A stretch of DNA of 10,047 bases, taken from assembly GCA_041288045.1 (NCBI GenBank), contig JBGGMM010000139.1:1-10047 (forward strand). Reading direction: 5' to 3'. Origin of the DNA: Pseudobdellovibrionaceae bacterium. Lineage in GTDB: Bacteria; Bdellovibrionota; Bdellovibrionia; Bdellovibrionales; Bdellovibrionaceae. Below, one piece after another: positions 1 through 7,713 of this stretch; position 1 is the first letter of the stretch; each line of letters begins with the position of its first letter. Position numbers and translations under genes: made by a program. The notes beneath the pieces are model-generated. The model worked only from the letters and a program-made list of their open reading frames with translations. It searched no databases and was not told the origin of the DNA.

Positions 1-1
1 C

Positions 2-844
2 TTGGAGTACGGGGAAAAAGTCGGTGTTCAAATGCACGCCTCAAAAGAAATTGACGGGGCATCCAAAGAGTATGCGCAGAAAAACACGAAATCCGCATTC
101 TCAACCCAAAGAGACGTTGAATCCAATCGAAAAACTTATGCAAAAGAAGCAGCATCAAGCATGACCGAAGTTCTTTCCGGTTTTGAACTCAGTGAAAAAG
201 CTCAGCTTAAAAAGGCTGCAATACAATTCTTCTCTCAGAACGCAGCCTTACCCTTGGGCTCTCATTTCATTCTCTCCGAGGGTGGCGAAGATTCAATGAA
301 GCAGCTTTTGGAATTTATTCTCAAAACTCATGATCCTGCCAAGCAATCCCTGATTCATTTGGCAATCGGATCTGAACCAAGTCGGGGTGCCGAGGACAAG
401 GGAGTCAGATCCGCTTCATTTTTCGCAAAGTATTTGGCTCAAAATCCTGAACTGATTCAAGAATTGAAGCATAGAAATATTCATTTCATGGTTTATGATG
501 TCAAATCAGGTCGCCATTATGGTTCACCCGAGACTTATTTTAAATCAAATGATTGGAAATCAGAGCTGAGAAAGTTTGCAACCGCACGCAAAGAAATTGA
601 AACTGGTGAAATCAAGGAAAAATCGGCCTCTGAAAGAACCAGTATCCAAGCCAGAGATCAATTTGAGAAAACGATCTCAGAAGCATTAGCAGGTATCACC
701 AAGCAAGAAGGAAAGGTGAATCTTTTGGTTGAAAAAATGCAGCGATCATTAGGGTCAGCCAGTGAAGTTTCAGCCCGACAGAAATCAGGTGCTGGAGTTG
801 ACCCAGCAGCAGCTGCAAAAGCCGCGACAAGAGCTACTAAATAG
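2..844 (+). CDS. Hypothetical protein, probably 5'-truncated by the window edge
   Basis: Open frame of 280 codons from the window start to TAG at 842-844. Lys/Glu/Ala-rich helical composition and an Ala-rich basic tail (AAAAKAATRATK). No family motif recognised. Confidence 0.75.
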   Translation: MEYGEKVGVQMHASKEIDGASKEYAQKNTKSAFSTQRDVESNRKTYAKEAASSMTEVLSGFELSEKAQLKKAAIQFFSQNAALPLGSHFILSEGGEDSMKQLLEFILKTHDPAKQSLIHLAIGSEPSRGAEDKGVRSASFFAKYLAQNPELIQELKHRNIHFMVYDVKSGRHYGSPETYFKSNDWKSELRKFATARKEIETGEIKEKSASERTSIQARDQFEKTISEALAGITKQEGKVNLLVEKMQRSLGSASEVSARQKSGAGVDPAAAAKAATRATK

Positions 845-868
845 TGAATTTAGTTTCTCGACAGATTC

Positions 869-2035
869 CTAAAACGGCCCGAGATATCCCACCGACTGAG
901 CTTCTTCGAGCATTTGGTCAAAGAAATGAGAGTAGGCTTTATAAACGGCCGGGTGGATGATCTGAATCTGAAGCTCGTCATTGTTTTTGAGCGAATTTGT
1001 GTTCAAGTTGTGTGACCCGGTTAGGACCATTTGAACTTTTTGGGCTGATCCTTGGAAAGACGCATCGATAGCAATTGTCTTTGAGTGATTTGAGTTTTTG
1101 GCTTTTTTGGAATGTCCTTTATAAGGAAGGATCTGCATCAGGGATCTTAAAGTGGCCTTCACTTTTAAGCCGGGTGATTGCATCAGCGGCTCCTCTCGGG
1201 TAATCACTTGGATTTGGCAACCTAGCTGGCTCAACTTGAGCAACTCCTTGGCGATTGCTAAGCGTTCATCTGTGAAGCGGGATTGAGTGATTCGAATTTT
1301 TGAATCCGGCAAGTGACATTGGACCTGCTTTAAAATTTCCAGCGTCGGGTCGTATTTTTGATTTGGAAAAGTGTAAATAACAGCCGATTGACCACGAATT
1401 TGCAGTGGAACTTTGGCGAAGGGATTTCGCAGGCCATTGAAATAATTTTGAACCCCTTCAAATAAAGCGGTATCGCCGGCGAGGACCAAAAGGTCATTGT
1501 ACATGTGAAACATGCCTTCTTCAAAATTTGCCGAAGAGAGAGCTACTACATTTTTTCTTCCATCCTGGAGTTCCGAAAATAAAAAGAATTTATTGTGATT
1601 ATTGACGATACCACGACAAGATCCGCCGAGGATTCCACCGCAAAAGGTGACGCAGCTGTGGGTCCCGCATCGGAGTGGCGCTAAATCCGAAGTTCCTTTG
1701 AGCAGGACGTGGACTGGAGATCCTTTTTTGTCTTCTAATTCTTTATTTTTTCCATCGAGAATCAATTCAATCCGGACTCCGCGTGACTGGGCTCTCAACA
1801 GGGCTAAAGTTATCGGCATCCGTTTAAAAGTGTACATCGACATCTGAATGCTGGATCGAGGAGCCGCAAGATCAATCATCTCGATCAGCTTGTTTTCAAT
1901 CGTGGTGGTCGGCTGATCGTCAAAACCGGGAGAGTTAAAGGTTCCACCAATAGAAATTTCAGCTAAAGCCACATGAGCTGAGACAGATAGAAAGGAAACT
2001 GACAAAAGAATGGCTAAACGGCTTCGAAAAAACAT
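869..2035 (-). CDS. Secreted phospholipase D-superfamily protein (two HxK motifs, PLD/Nuc-like)
   Basis: Signal peptide MFFRSRLAILLSVSFLSVSAHVALA. Motif 1 NHNKFFLFSE...SSANF; motif 2 NHSKTIAID...TGSHNL...NDE. The segments SIQMSMYTF and ALLRAQSRGVRIELILD are typical of PLD-fold proteins. SD GGAGGT lies just upstream on the - strand (2040-2045). Confidence 0.9.
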   Translation of the reverse strand: MFFRSRLAILLSVSFLSVSAHVALAEISIGGTFNSPGFDDQPTTTIENKLIEMIDLAAPRSSIQMSMYTFKRMPITLALLRAQSRGVRIELILDGKNKELEDKKGSPVHVLLKGTSDLAPLRCGTHSCVTFCGGILGGSCRGIVNNHNKFFLFSELQDGRKNVVALSSANFEEGMFHMYNDLLVLAGDTALFEGVQNYFNGLRNPFAKVPLQIRGQSAVIYTFPNQKYDPTLEILKQVQCHLPDSKIRITQSRFTDERLAIAKELLKLSQLGCQIQVITREEPLMQSPGLKVKATLRSLMQILPYKGHSKKAKNSNHSKTIAIDASFQGSAQKVQMVLTGSHNLNTNSLKNNDELQIQIIHPAVYKAYSHFFDQMLEEAQSVGYLGPF

Positions 2036-2094
2036 TTAAACCTCCCTTGATAGAAATCTTGCTTTAGCAGAATCCTACCAAGGTAAGAATGAGA

Positions 2095-2110
2095 AGGCAC
2101 TCTGGTGGCA
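2095..2110 (+). promoter_or_regulatory. Candidate sigma54 -24/-12 element upstream of rpiB
   Basis: AGGCAC-TCTGG-TGGCA with GG 2096-2097, N10, GC 2108-2109. Two mismatches to TGGCAC-N5-TTGCA. Confidence 0.3.
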
Positions 2111-2318
2111 TTACCTAGGTCCAGCCTTGACGTTAAAGAAATAAACACAGGGCCGAATTTTGTCATTCGATCCCTTTGAAACTAAATACAATTCGTTTAA
2201 ATCCAAATTTTTTCATTTCGAAAGAGAATTGCAAATGCCAGACCTGAGCTTGCTGAGACCTGTCGATCTCGATATTCAGCAATTGATATCAACGTCATTC
2301 CAACGGATAGTTGAACCT

Positions 2319-2756
2319 ATGAAAATCGCCGTTGGTTCAGACCATGCCGGGTTCAAGTACAAAGAAATGATTCGTGCCTATCTCTATTCACGGGGAATCG
2401 AAGTGGTTGATTTTGGCACTTCTTCGGAAGAGCCATGCGATTATCCTGATTTTATTTTTCCAGTCGCCAAAGCCGTGCGGGACAAAACTGTGGATCGAGG
2501 AATTGTTTTGGGTGGTTCTGGAAATGGTGAAGCGATCGCAGCCAACAGGATCAAAGGGGTGCGAGCTTGTGTTTGTTGGAACCTTGAATCGGCAGAGCTT
2601 GCTCGTCGGCACAATGATTCGAATGTTTTGTCCTTAGGGCAAAGGATGATCCCTGAAGGGGAGCTTGTAAAGATCGTTCAAATTTGGCTTGAGACTTCTT
2701 TTGAAGGGGGTCGGCATACTCTTCGGTTGGAAAAAATCGAGCAACAGGCTGATTGA
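2319..2756 (+). CDS. rpiB: Ribose-5-phosphate isomerase B (RpiB/LacAB family), Glu-type
   Basis: MKIAVGSDHAG, DYPD, GIVLGGSGNGEAIAANRIKGVRA, ARRHNDSNVLSLGQR and FEGGRH are hallmark RpiB motifs. The start is placed at ATG 2319 (145 aa), where family similarity begins, not at 2160. Confidence 0.96.
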   Translation: MKIAVGSDHAGFKYKEMIRAYLYSRGIEVVDFGTSSEEPCDYPDFIFPVAKAVRDKTVDRGIVLGGSGNGEAIAANRIKGVRACVCWNLESAELARRHNDSNVLSLGQRMIPEGELVKIVQIWLETSFEGGRHTLRLEKIEQQAD

Positions 2757-2826
2757 TTCTTCCATCCACCATCTGACCAAAAAATTTTGCTGTCAGAAAA
2801 AATTAATCACTTCTTAAAGAACTAAA

Positions 2827-2903
2827 CATCCCAACTTGAGACAACTGATTCTATTTAAATCCTGTTAAGCCATTATTATGTTTGATTGTCTCAAATTGAG
2901 ACA
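2827..2903. promoter_or_regulatory. Pair of TGTCTCAA-N-TTGAGACA palindromic sites
   Basis: Perfect 8-1-8 palindrome TGTCTCAAATTGAGACA at 2887-2903. Imperfect copy CATCCCAACTTGAGACA at 2827-2843, with centres 60 bp apart. Confidence 0.6.
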
Positions 2904-2911
2904 GCATCCTG

Positions 2912-2927
2912 GGGTACCACCCTTGCA
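2912..2927 (+). promoter_or_regulatory. Candidate sigma54 promoter for the beta-helix gene
   Basis: GGGTAC-CACCC-TTGCA with GG 2913-2914, N10, GC 2925-2926. It ends 25 nt before ATG 2953, with SD GAGGT (2944-2948) in between. Confidence 0.6.
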
Positions 2928-2952
2928 ATTTCATCAATCCATAGAGGTCTAT

Positions 2953-4665
2953 ATGAAAATCATGGTGTGGTCGCTGTCAGTCGTTCTCTCCTCCTTTTTT
3001 TCGCTGACAGTGGCGCAGGCACAGACGGGAAATCTGATTCGAAATGGAAATTTCGAAAGAGCGGCCCAGTCCACAGGCATTCAGAATTGGTCACCCAATT
3101 GTCCGCACGCTCCAGTTCTTACCTCGGCCTATCGCAAATTCGATAAAAGATCCTTGGTGATTGATGACCCAGAGGCCAGCAGAGCCTGTGCGGTCTATTC
3201 GCAAACGGTTGCTGTCGAAGCTGGAAAATCCTATGTGATCGATGCCTGGGCTAGGTGGACTCTGTACAGCGGAACGTCGGGGAGTCCTGGTGTCTTTGTC
3301 GTTTGGTATGCAAAGGGCGTCGAGATCAAGCGAATCTCTTATGTCGTTCCAGGTGCTGTTGGGGTTTGGAATCAACTGAGAAAATTCGTGGTGGCACCCG
3401 CTGGAGCAACAACAGCTCAGGTTTTGCTTTATTCGGGGTTGAAATCAAGTGCAAGAGTTCAGTTTGACGGGATTTACTTCGGGAAGCTCAATGCCATCCA
3501 AGGCGGGCAAGTCACTCGCTACGTTTCTTACACCGGATATGGTGCCGGCAATGGGTTGACTCGAGTGAATGCGGCCAAATACAACAACCCCACATTTTGG
3601 AATTCTGTGAAGACTCAGCTGCGATCGACACCAGTTCGAGTGGTTTTCGTTAAAGGTCGCTACACGATTTCAAAAGAGTCAGAGGCCTTGATTGTGTCTC
3701 GACTGGGCGACGCTTCTCGACGATTGGTACTCACTGGCGAAGATGCCAATTCGGTCCAGTTTGTTGCAGGCTCTGCCATGACGACAAAAGTTTCAAGTCT
3801 GGTTCGGTTCGACTTTTTGCAGAACGCAGAAATTTCGAATATCCACTTTCGAAGCGTTTCCAAAATCGACGTCGGCTATTTTCTGCAATTGCGAGATTCA
3901 AAGAAAGTCAGTCTTGAAAACATCACTGGCCTTGACCTTGTGAAGATGGCCTATGGGGTTATTGGAATTCACCACAATTCGAGCGATATCAAGCTCAGTG
4001 GAAGCGAATTCTTGCGCACAGGTTACGATGGTCACCAGCACTTCATTTACGCTTTTCGCAATGTCAGCAATGTCGTCGTGAATAATTCGGTCTTTGAGGA
4101 TTCAACTGGTGCCTACATTCGCTGCCGGGATCGCTGCTCGAATTTCAGAATTCAAAGCTCAGACTTTTATTCGTCCTACACTTGGGGCCCCAGCGGTTAT
4201 CGGAACTCACACTTCATCGAATGGGCTGCCTTTAATGATGACCTCTATCGCAGTGTCGCCGATGCCAGTGCTCAAGAGTTTTTTGCATCGAATGGCTTTT
4301 CAGCCCTCAGCAATCGCTTCACCTACAAAGTGAAAGCGGGAAGGGCGATTCCATTTTCAATCGTGCACACTGGCTATAAGCCTTACGATGGCACCCAGTA
4401 CAGAAACCATTTGCTGACTGCAAGCCACAAAAGCACACTGCTCAATGGAACTCCAACAACCATGCGCAGTCTGATTCTCAGCAAATTCAAAATTGATATG
4501 GGGTCCTTTGCCGTTCGATCCAATACTTTTAAAAACAACCTTTACCATTTTGAGCTTCAATCTGAAGCCAGTTACGGAGCTAAAGATTATTATCCTTCGT
4601 CTGAAACCGCCGGCTCTGGATCCTATGATATTTCAGAGACTGTGGGATTGCCTGCGGGTAGCTGA
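2953..4665 (+). CDS. Secreted protein with an N-terminal carbohydrate-binding-like (CBM4/9-type) domain and a right-handed parallel beta-helix (pectin lyase-like) domain
   Basis: SD GAGGT before ATG 2953, and signal peptide MKIMVWSLSVVLSSFFSLTVAQA. NLIRNGNFE...YSQTVAVEAGKSYVIDAWAR...VQFDGIYF fits a CBM4/9-like beta-sandwich. RYVSYTGYGAGNGLT followed by Asn-rich strand repeats (NAEISNIHF, NVSNVVVNNSVFE, NFRIQSSDF) fits a beta-helix. Confidence 0.75.
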   Translation: MKIMVWSLSVVLSSFFSLTVAQAQTGNLIRNGNFERAAQSTGIQNWSPNCPHAPVLTSAYRKFDKRSLVIDDPEASRACAVYSQTVAVEAGKSYVIDAWARWTLYSGTSGSPGVFVVWYAKGVEIKRISYVVPGAVGVWNQLRKFVVAPAGATTAQVLLYSGLKSSARVQFDGIYFGKLNAIQGGQVTRYVSYTGYGAGNGLTRVNAAKYNNPTFWNSVKTQLRSTPVRVVFVKGRYTISKESEALIVSRLGDASRRLVLTGEDANSVQFVAGSAMTTKVSSLVRFDFLQNAEISNIHFRSVSKIDVGYFLQLRDSKKVSLENITGLDLVKMAYGVIGIHHNSSDIKLSGSEFLRTGYDGHQHFIYAFRNVSNVVVNNSVFEDSTGAYIRCRDRCSNFRIQSSDFYSSYTWGPSGYRNSHFIEWAAFNDDLYRSVADASAQEFFASNGFSALSNRFTYKVKAGRAIPFSIVHTGYKPYDGTQYRNHLLTASHKSTLLNGTPTTMRSLILSKFKIDMGSFAVRSNTFKNNLYHFELQSEASYGAKDYYPSSETAGSGSYDISETVGLPAGS

Positions 4666-4715
4666 CATCGGGGACTCCGAAGTTTGAAGTGCAAGCTGAA
4701 ATTCAATCCACGTTG

Positions 4716-4731
4716 GGGCGCCAGTCTTGCA
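4716..4731 (+). promoter_or_regulatory. Candidate sigma54 promoter for the glutaminase-like gene
   Basis: GGGCGC-CAGTC-TTGCA with GG 4717-4718, N10, GC 4729-4730, in the short intergenic gap. Confidence 0.5.
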
Positions 4732-4744
4732 ATGTTTCCTCCCT

Positions 4745-5524
4745 ATGGAGTCAACTCGCTTCCAATCCCATTTGAAGTTTTCGAAAGTGCCTTTTTTTGT
4801 CCCACTGTTGATGGTTTTGATTTTTCAGACAGTGTCGTTCGCACAGGACATCAACGCTGATCTGGTGGATTATTATCAAAAAGAATTCGCTCATTTGTCA
4901 GGCCAAGAGATTCAAGCTTTGAATCAGCAAGAGCTTCAAGCGCTCTTGGACGATAAAGCCGAGCGGACCTTATCCAATGGCAGGTTGGGTTGGATCACCT
5001 GGGAAGAAGCTCAAGTGATTGCCCAGTGGCGAGATCAGCATCCTGTTGTTGGACTTCATCGCCACGACCATTATGATCCCGAAAACAGAATTGGATTCTG
5101 CTTTGGCCGAGCCATGGCCGTTCATTTGGAGCTAATTGCCCGAGGGGTTTCCAAAGATGCGATAAAGAAAGTATTTATCACTCCTTCGATTTTGCGAGAC
5201 CATTTTCACGTGGTGACTGCAGTTCGGGGACCCGACGGAGTCTGGTGGGCCTTCGATGCAAAGCCTAAACCCGAGAAACTGACCGACTGGATCTCTCGAT
5301 GGAAAAAAGATGTGGGGCCGAAAATGAAAATCCATATCACAGACCCAGCCAAATTTGCCGGCCAGGCGGGACGCTATCATCGCCTTCAATTTGCGGATTC
5401 ACGAGGGATCGACAATTACTATAAGAACTATTTCTTGGATTTCCTGAAAGAGTATCGACAGAGCCTTCCTGGCAAACTCAAGTTCACTTCAAAACAGGGC
5501 CGCTGTGCTTCTGTTCATAGGTAA
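4745..5524 (+). CDS. Secreted protein-glutamine glutaminase-like (papain-like/transglutaminase fold) enzyme
   Basis: Signal peptide ending ...LMVLIFQTVSFA-QD. Putative triad: GFCFGRA (Cys codon 5099-5101), HFHVVTAV (His 5207-5209) and WWAFD (Asp 5255-5257). These parallel the GCYARAH / YHVA / IID motifs of protein glutaminase. The start is uncertain: ATG 4745 or TTG 4772. Confidence 0.65.
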   Translation: MESTRFQSHLKFSKVPFFVPLLMVLIFQTVSFAQDINADLVDYYQKEFAHLSGQEIQALNQQELQALLDDKAERTLSNGRLGWITWEEAQVIAQWRDQHPVVGLHRHDHYDPENRIGFCFGRAMAVHLELIARGVSKDAIKKVFITPSILRDHFHVVTAVRGPDGVWWAFDAKPKPEKLTDWISRWKKDVGPKMKIHITDPAKFAGQAGRYHRLQFADSRGIDNYYKNYFLDFLKEYRQSLPGKLKFTSKQGRCASVHR

Positions 5525-5581
5525 ACTGGGAGGGAATCTGCGCAGCATCGGCCTGTCTTCGGTCAGATTTTGGCAGACTCG

Positions 5582-6439
5582 TTAAGTGTTTTTTCCATCA
5601 AAAGGTGTTCTGAAAAGTGAAATAAAAACCTGTTCAACCGCATCGCCCTCATCATCCTGGAATTTTTCAAGAATGTCTTCAAACGCTTGCTGAAACTCTT
5701 TTTTGAGTTCGGGGATTCGGCTTCTATGAATGGAAAAAGCGCTGTAAATATTTAAATTTTTCGGATCTTCGACAATTTGCCGACTTTGCGTTTGAATACT
5801 TCTGCAAACCCGTTGCACCATCTGCGTCACTTCGCCGACTTCCTCGCAATTTAAAAAGCTGGCTTTTGAAGTGACCGCAAAATATCTCTCGTTGCTCAAT
5901 TGAACGGCTCCACCTGATAATAAAACCTGGAGGGCTGACTTGATGTCTCTTTCTGAAGCTTGAGTTCTAAATCTGATTTCGTCAAAATTTGCGCCGGTAA
6001 ATTCAGTTCCTAAGGCCGCGTAAACTTGAAAGACTTCAGGTCGGCTCACGAAAGGCTTTGTGATTTCTGATCGCTTTTGAGAGCTTAAAATTTTTTTTCG
6101 AGTGGAGGCAATTTTTTTTTCGATCTCACTTAAGGGCAAAGATGTTAGTTGCAAATTGGGATGACATTTATAAACCAAAAGTTCAAAAAGTTTGCCCAGG
6201 TCCGAGGTGAGTTTCATGGCGACTTTGAATCGAATCATGGCATCGCGGGATAGCCCCTTTTGGCCCTGTAGGATTTCAGACAAGTAACTCCGAGATGCGA
6301 AGCCGGCCTTTCGAGATATTTCGGCTCTTGCTCCGCGTCCTTTGCTGATTTCTAATTCCCTGATAAAAATTAAAATAAACTCTCGGTAATTCGAAGCATT
6401 GATGAGCTCTAAATTCAATTGCCGAAGAGAACTTTTCAT
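5582..6439 (-). CDS. TIGR02147-family / DUF4423 HTH protein, putative transcriptional regulator
   Basis: NYREFI...AEISRKAGFASRSYLSEILQGQKGLS is an N-terminal Cro-like HTH. FDEIRFRTQASERDIKSALQVLLSGGAV is a winged-helix-like middle region. The C-terminus SAFSIHRSRIPELKKEF...DAVEQVFISLF is DUF4423-like. The 285-aa length is typical of the family. Confidence 0.8.
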   Translation of the reverse strand: MKSSLRQLNLELINASNYREFILIFIRELEISKGRGARAEISRKAGFASRSYLSEILQGQKGLSRDAMIRFKVAMKLTSDLGKLFELLVYKCHPNLQLTSLPLSEIEKKIASTRKKILSSQKRSEITKPFVSRPEVFQVYAALGTEFTGANFDEIRFRTQASERDIKSALQVLLSGGAVQLSNERYFAVTSKASFLNCEEVGEVTQMVQRVCRSIQTQSRQIVEDPKNLNIYSAFSIHRSRIPELKKEFQQAFEDILEKFQDDEGDAVEQVFISLFRTPFDGKNT

Positions 6440-6445
6440 TAGAAA

Positions 6446-6844
6446 TTATTTACCAGCAGTCATGCTAGGCTGAGGTTCTGGATTGAAGCCACTTGTTACC
6501 CAAAAGTAAACGCCTTCGATTTTAGTCCCGTTTGGATAGAAACTGTTCACAAATTCTGCGTCGGTATCAGTCGCAGTACGAATTTCTACGCAGGCCACAA
6601 GATCGATCTTTGACGTATATTTCACAATTTGACTGGTTTTCGCATTACAATAGGCGATGTTGAGGCCCGTGACCAACTTTTGACCGTCATCATAACGAAT
6701 TTCTAGAAGGCGCGCTGACTCGGCATACATGGCCTCTCTCGCTTCTTCAACACCAACGACATTATCTGGATGTTTCGGTCCTGCGAATGCAGTCGATAAA
6801 ATCAATTGGCCTAGGATTAAAAACATCATTTGGACGGATTTCAT
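6446..6844 (-). CDS. Secreted hypothetical protein, 132 aa
   Basis: SD AAGGAG on the - strand (6851-6856). Signal peptide MKSVQMMFLILGQLILSTAFA and two Cys. The stop is 6 nt upstream of the TIGR02147 start, suggesting an operon. Confidence 0.85.
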   Translation of the reverse strand: MKSVQMMFLILGQLILSTAFAGPKHPDNVVGVEEAREAMYAESARLLEIRYDDGQKLVTGLNIAYCNAKTSQIVKYTSKIDLVACVEIRTATDTDAEFVNSFYPNGTKIEGVYFWVTSGFNPEPQPSMTAGK

Positions 6845-6908
6845 TTATAGCTCCTTATAAAGCAAAGTTCATTTTTTGAATTGATCGGAGTTTTACCACG
6901 TCTCAACT

Positions 6909-6936
6909 TTGACATCCATTGTGTAAGGAATATGTT
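6909..6936 (+). promoter_or_regulatory. Candidate sigma70 promoter
   Basis: TTGACA (6909-6914), 16-nt spacer, TATGTT (6931-6936), pointing toward the 7103 gene. Confidence 0.5.
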
Positions 6937-7020
6937 GTTCGCTACGCGAACAAGAATGTATTTCATCCACGGTCGTCCAATATATAGACGTTTTTTGCGT
7001 TTTGTTCGCTAAGAGTACAA
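6935..7020. promoter_or_regulatory. Twin operator-like palindromes TTGTTCGC-N3-GCGAACAA
   Basis: Perfect site TTGTTCGCtacGCGAACAA at 6935-6953. Second site TTGTTCGCtaaGAGTACAA at 7002-7020 (14/16 arm match). Centres are 67 bp apart. Confidence 0.7.
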
Positions 7021-7102
7021 AAAGCCAATGGTCCGATTCGATTTTTCATGATCTCTCATTTTTCTTTGGATAGAGGTTCTTGCAAGAAAGAGAGGGAAAG
7101 TT

Positions 7103-7666
7103 ATGGTTTTTTTTCTTAGCTTCATCATGACCTTTTCGTCATTGGCAAATGCAACTTCATTTTCTTCGGATATCGGCATGAGCAAAAAACCGTATGAAAC
7201 ATTGCAAAGCGCTTTTGAAACAGCCAATCGTGCGCCGACCCTGGATGAAATCCCGTGGGCGACAGATGCTTACACGTTTTGGGAAGCCTGCATTGATGTA
7301 TTAAAAAACGGGAAGGCAAACCACCGGGCCGTAACATTGGCTAAATGGGTTTATAAATTTCCCTCTGGCGGACCGATTTTAGAAACTCCCGAAGTCAAAG
7401 TAAATGTGTTGTTTGCAGAAAGCCCGATCGTGGTCGAATCCAACGAAAACATTCTTCAGGTTTACACGGATTGGCATGTCAGTGCGGACCAGAGAAGCTT
7501 AATTATTTACGCAGAAAGCTTTGGGCCTCGATCTAACAACTACATCGCCTTGCGCACAGACGGGCGATTTATTTATTTCTCTCAAGTTTTACCTTTTTTG
7601 GACACTCTTGGGAATGAGTCGCCAAGCTTTGGGTACTGTTGGAAAAAGATTAAAAAAGATATTTAA
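7103..7666 (+). CDS. Secreted hypothetical protein, 187 aa
   Basis: Purine-rich SD (GAGGG) upstream. Hydrophobic N-terminus ending SSLANA. Two Cys, including a C-terminal GYCW. Confidence 0.8.
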   Translation: MVFFLSFIMTFSSLANATSFSSDIGMSKKPYETLQSAFETANRAPTLDEIPWATDAYTFWEACIDVLKNGKANHRAVTLAKWVYKFPSGGPILETPEVKVNVLFAESPIVVESNENILQVYTDWHVSADQRSLIIYAESFGPRSNNYIALRTDGRFIYFSQVLPFLDTLGNESPSFGYCWKKIKKDI

Positions 7667-7676
7667 AAAAATTTAA

Positions 7677-7697
7677 TTTCAGAGACAACCTCTGAAA
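7677..7697. other. Intergenic inverted repeat (8-bp stem, 5-nt loop)
   Basis: TTTCAGAG-acaac-CTCTGAAA between two co-oriented genes. No + strand U-tract follows it. Confidence 0.35.
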
Positions 7698-7713
7698 ACA
7701 ATCAGGAGGAATT

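Noticed and set aside
2065..2080. Possible minus-strand sigma54 promoter for the PLD gene (TGGTAGGATTCTGCTA)
   Set aside because: GG-to-GC spacing is 9, not the required 10.
2160..2318. 53-aa N-terminal extension of RpiB in the ORF track
   Set aside because: Family similarity begins at MKIAVGSDHAG (2319). The extension starts at a TTG and looks like open intergenic sequence.
2772..2797. Hairpin TCTGAC-CAAAA..TTTTG-ct-GTCAGA after rpiB as a terminator
   Set aside because: Weak, bulged and AT-rich, and followed by an A-run rather than a U-run on the + strand.
2878..2952. Upstream start for the beta-helix protein
   Set aside because: It overlaps the palindrome and sigma54 site. ATG 2953 has an SD and begins a clean signal peptide.
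7067..7084. TGG...TTGCA upstream of the 7103 gene as a sigma54 site
   Set aside because: GG-to-GC spacing is 12.
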